Made by a program: the position numbers and the translations under genes
Source of the DNA: an uncultured Micavibrio sp.
GTDB lineage: Bacteria; Pseudomonadota; Alphaproteobacteria; Micavibrionales; UBA1664
DNA: 64,000 nt
Direction: 5' to 3'
Assembly: GCA_964531715.1 (NCBI GenBank)
Contig: CAZHEE010000001.1
Span: 284,573-348,572 of the forward strand
The notes under the pieces: model-generated
Database searches by the model: none
The model's input: the letters and a program-made list of their open reading frames with translations, nothing else
Told to the model about the DNA's origin: nothing
Shown: positions 8,832-19,051 of the stretch, piece by piece
Layout: the number at the start of each line of letters is the position of its first letter
Position numbering within the stretch: the first letter of the stretch is position 1

Positions 8832-10961
8832 CAAAACTTTCTCAACAATCGCTTTTGCATCCAGTTTTGCCTGTTCATATTGTTTTTCGGGTTTGTCCTG
8901 ATCCTGAAATATATCAGGCAGATGCATGGTGCGGATTTTTAAACCTTTATCCAGTAAACCGTCACGCGATAGAAATTCCAAAACGAATGACCCGAACCCG
9001 CCGATTGAGCCTTCCTCAATGGTAATAAGCGTTTTATGATTTTTGGCTAAATCGCGGATAAGCTCCTCATCTAAAGGTTTTGCAAATCGTGCATCGGCAA
9101 TTGTGACCAAAATATCTTTTGTTTCCAAAATCTTTGCTGCATCCAGACATTCTTGAAGCCTTGCGCCGTAAGAGAGTAAACAAATGTCACCCTTTGGTTT
9201 AACCAAAGGGTCTTGTTCTTTATCTTCAGAAGATCCTTTGGTCAAGCCAAAGGATGACGACTCATAAACTACCCGCCCTTTTCCTATGTCTAAAGCTTCT
9301 AGGGTCTCAGGAATATCAACGCCATAGCCATTGCCGCGTGGGAATCTGAATGCAATGGGTCCATCATTATAATTTGCGGCGGTGACTGTCATGCGTGCCA
9401 ATTCAGCCTCGTCGCTTGCTGCCATCAAAACCATGTTCGGCAGGCATCCCATATAGGCCGTGTCGAAACTGCCGGCATGGGTCGAACCATCCGCTCCGAC
9501 CAAACCCGCGCGGTCAATCGCAAACTTGACAGGTAAATTTTGAATACAGACATCATGCACCAGTTGGTCATACCCACGTTGTAAAAATGTTGAGTAAATC
9601 GCGCAAAATGGCTTCATGCCCTCGGTGGCCATCCCTGCGGCGAAAGTCACGGCATGTTGTTCGGCAATGCCGCAATCAAACATGCGGTCTGGGTAAACCC
9701 CGCCAAAAACATCCATGCCCGTACCGCCCGGCATTGCGGCAGTAATGCCGACAATTTTCGGGTCAGTTTCTGCCAGTTTGACAAGTGTATCGGCAAAAAC
9801 ACGCGTAAAGGACGGTGCATTGGCAATCGGCTTATTTTGCTTTCCTGTCACGACATCAAAGGTTGCAACGCCATGCATTTTGTCAGGCGCATGCTCGGCA
9901 GGGGCATAACCCTTGCCTTTTTGTGTGACAACATGAAGCAAAATCGGTTTATCTTGCTTTTTCGCATCACGGATATTGCGCAAGATGGGGAGGAGGTGAT
10001 CCATATTATGCCCGTCCACCGGCCCGATATAGTAAAAGCCCATTTCCTCAAACAAAGTGCCATGATTGCCAAACGCCACCCGGGCAGTTTCCTCGGCGCG
10101 CGCGGCTGCCTTTTGAAGGGCTTCGGGGAGGATACTCGCCGCTTTTTTCGCTAAATCACGGACATTGCGATAATGGTTGCCGCTCACCAATTTTGTTAAA
10201 TGACGGCTCATCGCGCCTGTTGGCGGGGCAATCGACATATCATTATCATTGAGAATAACAAGCATTCGCGCGTTCATGTCACCTGCGTTATTCATCGCCT
10301 CATACGCCATGCCCGCGGAAATTGCGCCATCACCGATAACGGCAATGACTTGATTATCAAAATTAACGTCATCCTGCGACTTGATCGCAGGATCTTTAAC
10401 GTCTTGGTGAAATCCTTTGGTTAAACCAAAGGATGACGCGTTTTGAATTTTTAAATCCCTCGCTACCGCCATGCCGAGCCCCGCAGATATCGAGGTTGAG
10501 CTATGCGCTGCACCGAACGGGTCATACGCACTCTCGGCACGTTTGGTAAATCCTGATAATCCACCACCCTTACGAATAGTTGTCATGCGGTCTTTGCGCG
10601 CTGTCAAAACTTTATGAGGGTAGCATTGGTGCCCGACATCCCAAATCAAGCGGTCATGCGGCGTATTAAAAACCGCATGAAGTGCGGTTGTTAATTCAAC
10701 GACGCCAAGCCCTGCACCCAGATGCCCACCCGTTTGTGCAACGCTTTCAATAACATACGCGCGTACCTCGTCGGCAAGTGTTTTGAGCTCCTTATCCGAT
10801 AAATCTTTCATATCATCAGGTATATTCACACGTGATAAAATCGTGTAAGGACTGTCACCCTTTGGCTTGACCAAAGGGTCTCCATCATTTGAAGCAAAAG
10901 ATCCTTTGGTCAAGCCAAAGGATGACGCATCACTATCAATTTTTTCAGCCATGTTTTTCAT
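8823..10961 (-). CDS. dxs: 1-deoxy-D-xylulose-5-phosphate synthase, carrying three in-frame repeat insertions
   Basis: 712-aa ORF with TPP and transketolase-like motifs ([48 protein letters not shown]). It lies downstream of ispA. It is longer than E. coli Dxs (620 aa), and the three ~25-aa insertions account for most of the excess. Confidence 0.95.
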   Translation of the reverse strand: MKNMAEKIDSDASSFGLTKGSFASNDGDPLVKPKGDSPYTILSRVNIPDDMKDLSDKELKTLADEVRAYVIESVAQTGGHLGAGLGVVELTTALHAVFNTPHDRLIWDVGHQCYPHKVLTARKDRMTTIRKGGGLSGFTKRAESAYDPFGAAHSSTSISAGLGMAVARDLKIQNASSFGLTKGFHQDVKDPAIKSQDDVNFDNQVIAVIGDGAISAGMAYEAMNNAGDMNARMLVILNDNDMSIAPPTGAMSRHLTKLVSGNHYRNVRDLAKKAASILPEALQKAAARAEETARVAFGNHGTLFEEMGFYYIGPVDGHNMDHLLPILRNIRDAKKQDKPILLHVVTQKGKGYAPAEHAPDKMHGVATFDVVTGKQNKPIANAPSFTRVFADTLVKLAETDPKIVGITAAMPGGTGMDVFGGVYPDRMFDCGIAEQHAVTFAAGMATEGMKPFCAIYSTFLQRGYDQLVHDVCIQNLPVKFAIDRAGLVGADGSTHAGSFDTAYMGCLPNMVLMAASDEAELARMTVTAANYNDGPIAFRFPRGNGYGVDIPETLEALDIGKGRVVYESSSFGLTKGSSEDKEQDPLVKPKGDICLLSYGARLQECLDAAKILETKDILVTIADARFAKPLDEELIRDLAKNHKTLITIEEGSIGGFGSFVLEFLSRDGLLDKGLKIRTMHLPDIFQDQDKPEKQYEQAKLDAKAIVEKVLSV
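9186..9259. repeat. Palindromic mini-element copy (a) inside dxs
   Basis: Sequence is gtcaccctttggtttaaccaaagggtc...gatcctttggtcaagccaaaggatgacg, forming two hairpins. In the dxs frame it encodes [24 protein letters not shown]. Confidence 0.85.
10367..10438. repeat. Palindromic mini-element copy (b) inside dxs
   Basis: Sequence is cgtcatcctgcgacttgatcgcaggatc...aatcctttggttaaaccaaaggatgacg with inverted termini cgtcatcc/ggatgacg. It encodes [23 protein letters not shown] in frame. Confidence 0.85.
10854..10927. repeat. Palindromic mini-element copy (c) inside dxs
   Basis: Sequence is gtcaccctttggcttgaccaaagggtc...gatcctttggtcaagccaaaggatgacg. It encodes [24 protein letters not shown] near the Dxs N-terminus. 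Confidence 0.85.
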
Positions 10962-11583
10962 GATTATCTGTTGTAATCATTATGGGCAAAAAGTCACGAA
11001 AATTTTTATAGACATAAGGATTATTTTTGTTTATAAGTTTTTTATTATAAGAAATTTATGTATAGTATTTAGTTTGTTTGCTAATTCACCAGCTTTGGCA
11101 GATAATGCGAAAACTGAAACCTTTCTTGACCCCGATCGTCCTGCAAACAGCTCCAAAATAGTCCAACTCAATAGCTATATAGATGCGGAAAATTTACTTA
11201 CTAGAATTTGCAACCAAACGGTATGGCATGATGTCGGTAGCCCACAACATGATGCATGTGTAATGATAGTTGAGGCTTTACAAAAGTTTCCTAAATGTTT
11301 TAATTACAGCGACCTAGTTGGGAAAAATTTGCATAATTCTTATCCTTTCGATCGAGAATATCCAGGTTGGGAAGATCTTTGGCAAACTGTTATAAGCCAA
11401 CATGCATGCGCAGTTGAAAGGGCGGATGCCATTGCCGAAAGTATAATTGATTCTGACATGCCTGTTGATGATTTAGGGGTGGGTTATTTATCGAGTGTTT
11501 TTTCATATACTACAAATGTATATGGACTGAACGTATATGAGGAAATTAGATACATATTTGAGGCTCCTGTCGTCAGACGATAG
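10951..11583 (+). CDS. Hypothetical secreted protein (orphan)
   Basis: The ORF track begins at an upstream TTG (10867) inside dxs. The first in-frame ATG is at 10951. A signal-peptide-like stretch ([19 protein letters not shown]) is present. The gene is AT-rich and lies antisense between ispA and dxs. The start is uncertain. Confidence 0.45.
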   Translation: MFFMIICCNHYGQKVTKIFIDIRIIFVYKFFIIRNLCIVFSLFANSPALADNAKTETFLDPDRPANSSKIVQLNSYIDAENLLTRICNQTVWHDVGSPQHDACVMIVEALQKFPKCFNYSDLVGKNLHNSYPFDREYPGWEDLWQTVISQHACAVERADAIAESIIDSDMPVDDLGVGYLSSVFSYTTNVYGLNVYEEIRYIFEAPVVRR

Positions 11584-11590
11584 CCCTAAC

Positions 11591-12499
11591 CTAAGCCCGT
11601 CGTTCCAACACATAATGGGCGAATTTTTTAAGCATATCGCCGCGAGAGCCAAACGGGTGAAGGTGGCGGCAAGCCTGAGCCACCAACATTTCCGCGCGCA
11701 TTCTGGCTTGTTCTTTGCCTAAGGTTGAGACGAATGTGGCTTTCCCTGCCGCTTCATCTTGATTGGCCGGTTTTCCTGTCTCTGCAGGATCGGCCTCAAC
11801 ATCCAAAATATCATCCGTCACCTGAAAGGCGAGTCCCAGATCATGCGCATAACCGCGGAGAGCCTTCCGATGCGCCTCATCCGCCTTGCCTAAAATTCCG
11901 CCGGCCTCACAGGCAAACGCCATCAACATTCCTGTTTTAAGACGTTGCAGGCGTGAGATTGTACCGACATCGAAATCCTCTGTCTCCCCAATTAGATCGA
12001 GCATTTGACCGCCACACATGCCATGCCCCCCTGCGGCCTTTGCAAGGGAAGATATTAAGTGACAGCGAACGCGCGGGTCTTCATGTGTTTGATTATCGGA
12101 TAAAATTTCAAAGGCCAGTGCTTGCAGCGCGTCGCCTGCCAAAATGGCGGTTGCCTCATCATATTGACGGTGCGCCGAAGGCTTTCCCCGGCGTGTATCG
12201 GCATTATCCATCGCCGGTAAATCATCATGGATGAGGGAGTAGCAGTGAATAAATTCAAGGGCAGAGGCCACGCGTTTTGCGCGCGACACATCGACATTAA
12301 ATAATTTTGCCGATTGCATAACCAAAAAAGGGCGTAACCGCTTTCCGCCCGCCATGGAAGAATAGCGCATCGCATCGAATAACCGCCCTTCCGCCAAATC
12401 GGTTCGGGGAAGCAAATGCTCCATCGTTTTTGTAATCGCCGCGGCGGTCTCATCTATTGCATTTTGAAGGTCGGGGGTAGCTTCGCGTGGTGAAGGCAT
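11591..12499 (-). CDS. ispA: Farnesyl diphosphate synthase (polyprenyl synthetase)
   Basis: 302-aa ORF with both aspartate-rich motifs (LIHDDLPAMDNADTRRG and VTDDILD). It sits between xseB and dxs. Confidence 0.9.
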   Translation of the reverse strand: MPSPREATPDLQNAIDETAAAITKTMEHLLPRTDLAEGRLFDAMRYSSMAGGKRLRPFLVMQSAKLFNVDVSRAKRVASALEFIHCYSLIHDDLPAMDNADTRRGKPSAHRQYDEATAILAGDALQALAFEILSDNQTHEDPRVRCHLISSLAKAAGGHGMCGGQMLDLIGETEDFDVGTISRLQRLKTGMLMAFACEAGGILGKADEAHRKALRGYAHDLGLAFQVTDDILDVEADPAETGKPANQDEAAGKATFVSTLGKEQARMRAEMLVAQACRHLHPFGSRGDMLKKFAHYVLERRA

Positions 12500-12541
12500 A
12501 AGGTTAAAATCTGTTTCTATCTAATTGTTAATTATAGTCAA

Positions 12542-12793
12542 TTACTCTTCAAACGGTTCGAGCCCTGACGGGTTTCCGTTTTCATTTAAAGTGATTTTTT
12601 CGATTTTCAAACGCGCATCTTTTAAGCGTTTCTCACAATGAGATTTAAGCGCAATCCCGCGCTCGTAGGCTTGAATAGATTCATCCAGCTTGGTCTGCCC
12701 TGATTCCATATTGCGAATAAGGGTTTCAAGCTCCTGCAATGCATCTTCAAAGCTCATCTCTTCAATTTTTTTTGGCTCGGTCATAATGTACAA
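12542..12793 (-). CDS. xseB: Exodeoxyribonuclease VII small subunit
   Basis: 83-aa ORF with the SFEDALQELE...L..G...L pattern of XseB. It is upstream of ispA. An alternative ATG at 12784 is possible. Confidence 0.85.
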   Translation of the reverse strand: MYIMTEPKKIEEMSFEDALQELETLIRNMESGQTKLDESIQAYERGIALKSHCEKRLKDARLKIEKITLNENGNPSGLEPFEE

Positions 12794-12805
12794 AGTGTAT
12801 ATGAT

Positions 12806-13732
12806 TTAAGGGGATTTCGCCAAGGCTTTTAAATGATGATTGACAGAGACAGGCAGGGCATCAAGGTCATAGCCGCCTTCGAGAAGTGACACTATTTTCG
12901 GGCAGAGTTCTTTGAGAGTCTCAACAATCCAGCCATAATCCTCATGCGAAAGCCGCCAACCTGCGATATCATCTTCTGCATGACCGTCAAACCCTGCGGA
13001 AAACAGGGTAAGTGTTGGTTTAAACCTTTGTGCAAATGGTAAAATTTGAGCCAATACGGCTTCCCTGAACTCTTTTGAACACGTGCCATGTAGCAAAGGC
13101 GCGTTGCAAATATATTCAGTATTCTCATGCCCGGTATGTGGAAAAATTCCGCTTTGATGGATTGAGGCGTAAGCAATATTTGTTTGCCCTTGCGCCGCAT
13201 GTCTTTCCACCAGATCTTGCGTTCCATTCCCGTGATGCACGTCAAAGTCAATAATAATAACGCGTGCAGTCGGCTCAATCTCTAATGCTTTTTTTGCAGT
13301 GATGAATATATTGTTAAACAGGCAAAACCCCATGGCCGTCTCAAATTCCGCATGATGCCCGGGTGGGCGAATGGCGGCGAACGCGGTTTTGGTTTCACCT
13401 TTTAAAACGGCTTTGACGGCCTGAATACTTGCCCCGATGGCAAGCCTCGCCGCCTTATAAGATTGTGGATTTATATATGTATCATCATCAATATAATTAA
13501 AAAAACTGTCGGGTAGTCTGTCTAAGATAGCGTCGATATGGCTTTGCGGATGGGCAAGGAGGAGATCATCCTCATAGGCAGAATATGCTGTTTCTATCGG
13601 TGTATCAGGAAAGTCCCCCGCGATCATTTTCATGATGACTTTAAGGCGTGCAGGGTGTTCGGGATGGCTGCCGTCACTGATATGTTTGCACATATTATCA
13701 TGCGTGAAGATGGTTAAGGGCGGCGTTCCCAT
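12806..13732 (-). CDS. Histone deacetylase family protein (HDAC-like amidohydrolase)
   Basis: 308-aa ORF with RPPGHHA, DFDVHHGNGTQ and GFD..EDD motifs of the class II HDAC/AcuC superfamily. Confidence 0.85.
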   Translation of the reverse strand: MGTPPLTIFTHDNMCKHISDGSHPEHPARLKVIMKMIAGDFPDTPIETAYSAYEDDLLLAHPQSHIDAILDRLPDSFFNYIDDDTYINPQSYKAARLAIGASIQAVKAVLKGETKTAFAAIRPPGHHAEFETAMGFCLFNNIFITAKKALEIEPTARVIIIDFDVHHGNGTQDLVERHAAQGQTNIAYASIHQSGIFPHTGHENTEYICNAPLLHGTCSKEFREAVLAQILPFAQRFKPTLTLFSAGFDGHAEDDIAGWRLSHEDYGWIVETLKELCPKIVSLLEGGYDLDALPVSVNHHLKALAKSP

Positions 13733-14778
13733 GCTTCTGCCCCTATCGGATTAACCGATTTTTGTGATGCCGTCGGCATATCGGGTAAAACGCGTTTCGT
13801 GTTCCCATCACGATTGACACTTTGCGCGCGATTATACTCAAGTTGCTTGCGGCTCAGTTGAAAACCAATCAAAACAGTGTGATTTTCAATATTTTGAATA
13901 TCACTGAGTGTCACTGTCTGGATTAAATCCTGCGCATGGTCAAGGCGATCAACAAGCGGTTTGAAGGTCAATGCGGTTGCATGGATATCCTTCATAACGG
14001 GTCTGCCCTCAGGCGATAAAACCGTGATGAAATAAGGGAAAGTGATGAAGGCCTCAAGGTTACGATTGCCCTCAAAACGCCCTGCATCAAACACCTGTCC
14101 ACTCATAATCATGCGCAAATCAAGTGTCAGTTGATTGCCGCTAATGTCACAATCGCCTTTGACCTCTTGCAAAGATGCGCGTGCCTGTATCTGCCCTCCG
14201 TTACTTTCGTCAAATTTTGTGATGGAACGTGCCTCATCCATGATCCTGAGGCTTGGGCAATTGAGAGAGGCCTCATATTGTTTTTGAGGCAGAATTTCAG
14301 CCAAACTTTTGACTTGTGATGATGGTGGTTGAGGTGTTTCTACAGTTTGTAATGGCACATGTCCTGGCTTATAACGCGGTTTGACAGTGGCCGCATCCAG
14401 ATTAAAGGGCGCTTCCTGTTGCGGTAAAACAGGCGCCTCGAAAATCGGGTCGATAGCCTCCTCTATTGCATCATTGGCATCATCGACCATTGAACTTATA
14501 GGGGCATTATCGAATTTTTGTGCGGTTAAAACAACTCTATCTCCTGTCAACATCTCGATTTCCTGTAACTCGGTCTTAAGCGCATTATCATTTTGCATTG
14601 CGCCTGATTCAGCCTCAAGCATTTTATCTTGAAACTGAACTTCGGTCACCGGCTCTTTATTACTGAATGGATTAAGTTTTGACCATTCAAAATCGGCAAT
14701 ATCAGAACGGCTTGGCATTGAGGCGCAGGCAGACAGATTAAAACAGACTAAAAAGATGAAGAAAAATTTTAATTTCAT
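13714..14778 (-). CDS. Hypothetical lipoprotein
   Basis: 354-aa ORF with a signal peptide and lipobox (FNLSAC). No recognised domain. Confidence 0.6.
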   Translation of the reverse strand: MKLKFFFIFLVCFNLSACASMPSRSDIADFEWSKLNPFSNKEPVTEVQFQDKMLEAESGAMQNDNALKTELQEIEMLTGDRVVLTAQKFDNAPISSMVDDANDAIEEAIDPIFEAPVLPQQEAPFNLDAATVKPRYKPGHVPLQTVETPQPPSSQVKSLAEILPQKQYEASLNCPSLRIMDEARSITKFDESNGGQIQARASLQEVKGDCDISGNQLTLDLRMIMSGQVFDAGRFEGNRNLEAFITFPYFITVLSPEGRPVMKDIHATALTFKPLVDRLDHAQDLIQTVTLSDIQNIENHTVLIGFQLSRKQLEYNRAQSVNRDGNTKRVLPDMPTASQKSVNPIGAEAWERRP

Positions 14779-14830
14779 TCTATTATATAAACCTAGCCTA
14801 TGGATTTCTAATGAGTAATAGCGTAACTAT

Positions 14831-15796
14831 ATGGTTATGGCAACGGATAATCATTTGCAAATCTTGCTGGCTGCACCGCGCGGTTTTTGTGCAGGCGTTG
14901 ATCGCGCCATACAAATTGTTGAAAAATTGCTGGAGAAATACGGCTCGCCCGTTTATGTCCGCCATGAAATTGTGCATAATAAATTTGTCGTTAATGGCCT
15001 TCGAGAGCGAGGCGCAATCTTTATAAAATCGCTGGATGAAATTCCCTCCAATCATACGGACAGACCGGTAGTGTTTTCCGCGCATGGGGTTGCAAAATCT
15101 GTCCCTGAAAAAGCGGAAAGGCTCAATCTTTTTTATATTGACGCAACATGTCCGCTGGTCAGTAAAGTCCACCGTGAGACTGAACGCCATTATAAAAATG
15201 GTAACCATATCATCCTGATCGGGCATTCAGGGCACCCTGAGATTATCGGTACGATGGGGCAACTTCCTGTAGGTTCGGTTACATTGGTCGAAACGGTTGA
15301 GGATGTTGAAAGGCTGACTTTTAAGGCGGATGATGCGCTTGCCTTTGCCACACAAACAACGCTTTCGCTTGACGATACGGCGGATATAATTGCCGCGCTC
15401 AAAGCAAAATATCCTGATATCTCTGCCCCGCATAAGGAGGATATCTGTTACGCCACAACGAACCGTCAGGAGGCGGTCAAGATGATTGCGGAACGCGTGG
15501 ATGCAATGCTTGTGATTGGTGCGCCGAATTCGTCTAACTCTAACCGATTGGTTGAGGTCGCCTTAAATTACGGATGTCCGAAAGCCCGCCTTGTTCAGCG
15601 CGCGGCGGAAATTGACTGGTCATGGCTCGATACTGTCAAAACGCTTGGGCTAACGGCAGGGGCATCCGCCCCTGAAATTCTTGTAAAAGAGGTCATCACG
15701 GCATGCGAGGCGCGTTTCGATAAGGTTTCGGTTGAAGAAGTCACCCTTCGCGATGAAGATGTTGAATTTAAATTACCCAGAATGTTGAGAGCCTAA
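14831..15796 (+). CDS. ispH: 4-hydroxy-3-methylbut-2-enyl diphosphate reductase
   Basis: 321-aa ORF with [23 protein letters not shown] and ATCPLV motifs of IspH/LytB. Confidence 0.95.
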   Translation: MVMATDNHLQILLAAPRGFCAGVDRAIQIVEKLLEKYGSPVYVRHEIVHNKFVVNGLRERGAIFIKSLDEIPSNHTDRPVVFSAHGVAKSVPEKAERLNLFYIDATCPLVSKVHRETERHYKNGNHIILIGHSGHPEIIGTMGQLPVGSVTLVETVEDVERLTFKADDALAFATQTTLSLDDTADIIAALKAKYPDISAPHKEDICYATTNRQEAVKMIAERVDAMLVIGAPNSSNSNRLVEVALNYGCPKARLVQRAAEIDWSWLDTVKTLGLTAGASAPEILVKEVITACEARFDKVSVEEVTLRDEDVEFKLPRMLRA

Positions 15797-15801
15797 GCCC
15801 T

Positions 15802-16230
15802 ATGGGTAAGGTCGTTATCTATACAGACGGTGCATGCAGTGGCAACCCTGGCCCTGGCGGATGGGGTGCAATCCTTCGCTATGGCGATCATGAAAAAGAA
15901 CTCAATGGCGGTGAGGCCGAAACAACCAATAATCGAATGGAGATGCAAGCAGTGATAGAATCGCTTGCGGCCTTGAGCAAGCCTTGTGAAATCGCGCTTT
16001 ATACCGATAGCGTTTATGTCCGTGACGGTGTTACAAAATGGTTGGAGGGCTGGAAACGCAAGGGTTGGAAAACATCATCAAAAAAGCCTGTGAAAAATCA
16101 GGATTTGTGGGAGGAAATTGACCGACAAATGGCTCGCCATACGATTGACTGGCACTGGGTCAAAGGGCATGCCGGGCATCCCGACAATGAACGCGCGGAC
16201 GAATTGGCACGTGCAGGAATACCAAGATAG
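15802..16230 (+). CDS. rnhA: Ribonuclease HI
   Basis: 142-aa ORF with the [25 protein letters not shown] and [17 protein letters not shown] motifs. Confidence 0.95.
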   Translation: MGKVVIYTDGACSGNPGPGGWGAILRYGDHEKELNGGEAETTNNRMEMQAVIESLAALSKPCEIALYTDSVYVRDGVTKWLEGWKRKGWKTSSKKPVKNQDLWEEIDRQMARHTIDWHWVKGHAGHPDNERADELARAGIPR

Positions 16231-16286
16231 CAAATTGATGCCACTTTCCGTTTTCAAAAGCGGATGATTTCGTTACACTTTTAACT

Positions 16287-16775
16287 ATGAAGCAATTAAC
16301 CGTTCTTGTTGTTGAAGATTCTAAGCCAATGCAGGCTATTCTTATCAAAATTTTAGAAGATTTTGGCTTTGGGACAGTTTTAACGGCTGAAGATGGCGAG
16401 CAAGCCTATCAAATTCATCAACACCACCGCCCTGATATTATCATCACCGACTGGCATATGGAACCTGTTGATGGGTTGGAGCTATGTCACTGGATCAGGC
16501 GTAATAAGCATTCTGTGAATCGAACTGTTCCCATTATACTTATGACCGGTGATAGCGGTCATATAAAAATCAATAACGCTCGTGATAAAGGTGTCACAGA
16601 AATTTTGGTAAAACCATTTAATGCACGTGACTTGGCACGACGTTTAATGCATGTGATTGATATGCCACGCGACTTTATTGAGGCTCAGGAATTTTTCGGA
16701 CCTGACAGGCGTCGTCATTCTGATGACAATTTTGAAGGTAAAAACAAACGCTTAAGAGATCCTGAGGATGTATAG
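16287..16775 (+). CDS. Single-domain response regulator (CheY-like receiver) with a C-terminal tail
   Basis: 162-aa ORF with the receiver pattern VLVVEDS...DIIITDWHMEP.DG...KPF. Confidence 0.8.
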   Translation: MKQLTVLVVEDSKPMQAILIKILEDFGFGTVLTAEDGEQAYQIHQHHRPDIIITDWHMEPVDGLELCHWIRRNKHSVNRTVPIILMTGDSGHIKINNARDKGVTEILVKPFNARDLARRLMHVIDMPRDFIEAQEFFGPDRRRHSDDNFEGKNKRLRDPEDV

Positions 16776-16786
16776 AATAAAAAACA

Positions 16787-17338
16787 ATGACTGATAAAGA
16801 CGACCAAATGTATGTTTATAAACTGTTCGGCATTTCAATGCCGCGCAAGGTGAAGGCCGTCAATTATATTCGCCAAAAACTAGGGCCGGTCGCCAAAATT
16901 GGGGATGATGATATAAAAAAAGCCCAACGTGTTTTGGATAACCCGCCTTTTGATTATGAGCCCACGGCATTAGAGCATGTTGAAGAGGTTGAAAACATTA
17001 TCTTATCCCTCAAAGATATGGGTTATGAACGCGAAAGCGAATTTTCACGTTTGACGCAACCAATTGCACAGATAAAAGGCCATGCAGGTATGTTCGGCAA
17101 CAGTTTTGTCTCCGAAGTTACAATCAGGTTACTCAGTTTGATGGAGCAATATAAACGGTTGGATAACGATATGTTGTACATTATCAGCGCATGGTGTCGT
17201 TGCGTTAATTTGTCTTATGAGATGCGGATTTACTCAATGGATAATATGGAGGCCCAGAAAATTCTGACAGAATTTGATGGCGCAACAGAGCGTTATATCC
17301 AAAAGTTCAAGCGAAAGACGAACAAAAAACCGGATTAA
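16787..17338 (+). CDS. Hypothetical protein, possibly Hpt-like
   Basis: 183-aa, predicted helical. The segment IAQIKGHAGMFGN resembles the CheA-P1/Hpt motif H-x-I-K-G-x-x-G-x-F-G (compare HTIKGTCGFLG in the cheA of this window), but the canonical His position is not His. It lies 11 nt downstream of the receiver gene. Confidence 0.35.
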   Translation: MTDKDDQMYVYKLFGISMPRKVKAVNYIRQKLGPVAKIGDDDIKKAQRVLDNPPFDYEPTALEHVEEVENIILSLKDMGYERESEFSRLTQPIAQIKGHAGMFGNSFVSEVTIRLLSLMEQYKRLDNDMLYIISAWCRCVNLSYEMRIYSMDNMEAQKILTEFDGATERYIQKFKRKTNKKPD

Positions 17339-18690
17339 TTACTATCAAGTTCTTTCCAGTGGTCTTGTATATTTTGTATCTGCCACGCATCCGTTAACTC
17401 ATAAAGCGGATAAGCCTTGTCAATGCGTTGACCATGGTCACGCGCGAATGGTTGAATATCAAATATTTGTTTGCTGTTAGCTGGCAGCCCTCGCAATTGA
17501 CCTAACGGCATTGCCAAACGTGCGCCCAAAATAAAGTTCGTATTTCTATTTTGATTCAATGATTTATTGCTTTGTGTTGAGAAAGTGGTGAAAGCTTCTG
17601 CTTGCCAGCCTGATGCAGGCTTGTAGAGGCTGCGTAGCTCAAAACCATAATCACCATCCAGAAAACGGCCTGCGCTTAACCCGTATGTCCAGCGACTGTG
17701 AGGTTTATCATACCAAAGATTAATCAGCGCGCTCGTTTGTTGATTGCTGTCATCAACCGTATAAATGGATTGACCGTAGGGCAGGCGTTTTTGCGTGCGC
17801 CAGACTTCACCACCGATGGCGAAGGCTTTGTCGAAAGGGCGATAAAGGATTTCGCCGCCAAACCCGTGAAACATTTCCTCTAAATAACCGACATGTGCTG
17901 CGACGTAAGTATCAGGGCGCGGTGTTACAAAACCGCTTAGCATGAATCGGTTCAGGTTAAAGCCTTGCCAGGCAAAGCCTAAAACATCTTGCCGTATCGG
18001 ATTTTGACGATCCAATATGCGTAAATCAGGCTCATCTTCAAGATTATCATAGAGATTATAACGGCTTGAAACAGTTAAAACGAAATAACCGCCGAAATGA
18101 TATCGGTTATTCAGGATAATATCACTGCGCACCAAAGGCGTTTCATCACTGTCATATAAGTCGATATGATGATAGAGCTCCAAATCCCATTCGCTTTTGT
18201 AACGGCGATCACATTTGAGCCGCTGCCCATGCCCGATGTTACTATTGTGATAGACTTCATTCACGCTTTTTGTTGGGGAGAGTGCGAGTTGTTCCAAGTC
18301 TGAACGCATAAAGCGTAAAGTCGGGCCTTTCAAGCCACTAAAATGCGGTTGAATGGCAATGATTTTATTGCTGTCATCCGTTTGATTAATTGCGATGCGG
18401 TTCGCCTTTGCAATATGACGCATCATTGGATTGTAGTCATGGGGATGTACAGTCAAACAGCCTTCAAGTGATTGCTGTCTGTCTTTAATACGGTTCAGGG
18501 CGCTATGCTCCTTAATAAAATCAAGGTCTGTCTTCTTCTCAGTTTTATCCAGATAAGAGGGAAGGTCTTGCTCAGTTTTAAATAAAAGCGTTTTAACAAA
18601 CCCAAAAGGTTTACTCGCCTTACTTTCAAACGGAAGAAAACTAAAGCTAACAGTAAGTAAGAAGAGCCAGACAAGGCGAACAAAAGCCAT
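17335..18690 (-). CDS. YjbH-family outer-membrane/exopolysaccharide-associated protein (tentative)
   Basis: 451-aa ORF with a signal peptide. The segment GYLEEMFHGFGGEILYRPFDKAFAIGGEVW matches my recollection of the YjbH family pattern. Confidence 0.5.
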   Translation of the reverse strand: MAFVRLVWLFLLTVSFSFLPFESKASKPFGFVKTLLFKTEQDLPSYLDKTEKKTDLDFIKEHSALNRIKDRQQSLEGCLTVHPHDYNPMMRHIAKANRIAINQTDDSNKIIAIQPHFSGLKGPTLRFMRSDLEQLALSPTKSVNEVYHNSNIGHGQRLKCDRRYKSEWDLELYHHIDLYDSDETPLVRSDIILNNRYHFGGYFVLTVSSRYNLYDNLEDEPDLRILDRQNPIRQDVLGFAWQGFNLNRFMLSGFVTPRPDTYVAAHVGYLEEMFHGFGGEILYRPFDKAFAIGGEVWRTQKRLPYGQSIYTVDDSNQQTSALINLWYDKPHSRWTYGLSAGRFLDGDYGFELRSLYKPASGWQAEAFTTFSTQSNKSLNQNRNTNFILGARLAMPLGQLRGLPANSKQIFDIQPFARDHGQRIDKAYPLYELTDAWQIQNIQDHWKELDSN

Positions 18691-19051
18691 GTAAAACAGT
18701 ATGATAAGCTATGCAAAAGTCGTAAACATGCATATGTATTTTATACAGGGAAATCTTTTAAAATGTTGTACGACTTATACAACTATCCTGAAAGACCAAA
18801 CACTAAATCATTCATACGTTACATAAAGTTTGAAAAATGTTATAATGGCAAAGCTTTAATCTATCTTCATCTTTAATCGCGGATTTATAGGAAAAAAAGA
18901 GTTTATTAATAAAAAGGATTCGTTATACACGTTTTACCGCAAGTGAATACGTGTAATCCATTAAAAAATTATAATATGTGTGTATCTGTGTTCATCTGTG
19001 GTAACAATAATTAGAGACGATTTTATATTCAATCCACTCTATATCTTAGAC

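Noticed and set aside
14798-15226. 142-aa minus-strand ORF overlapping the 5' part of ispH
   Set aside because: It is antisense to a clearly identified ispH and has no motif support.
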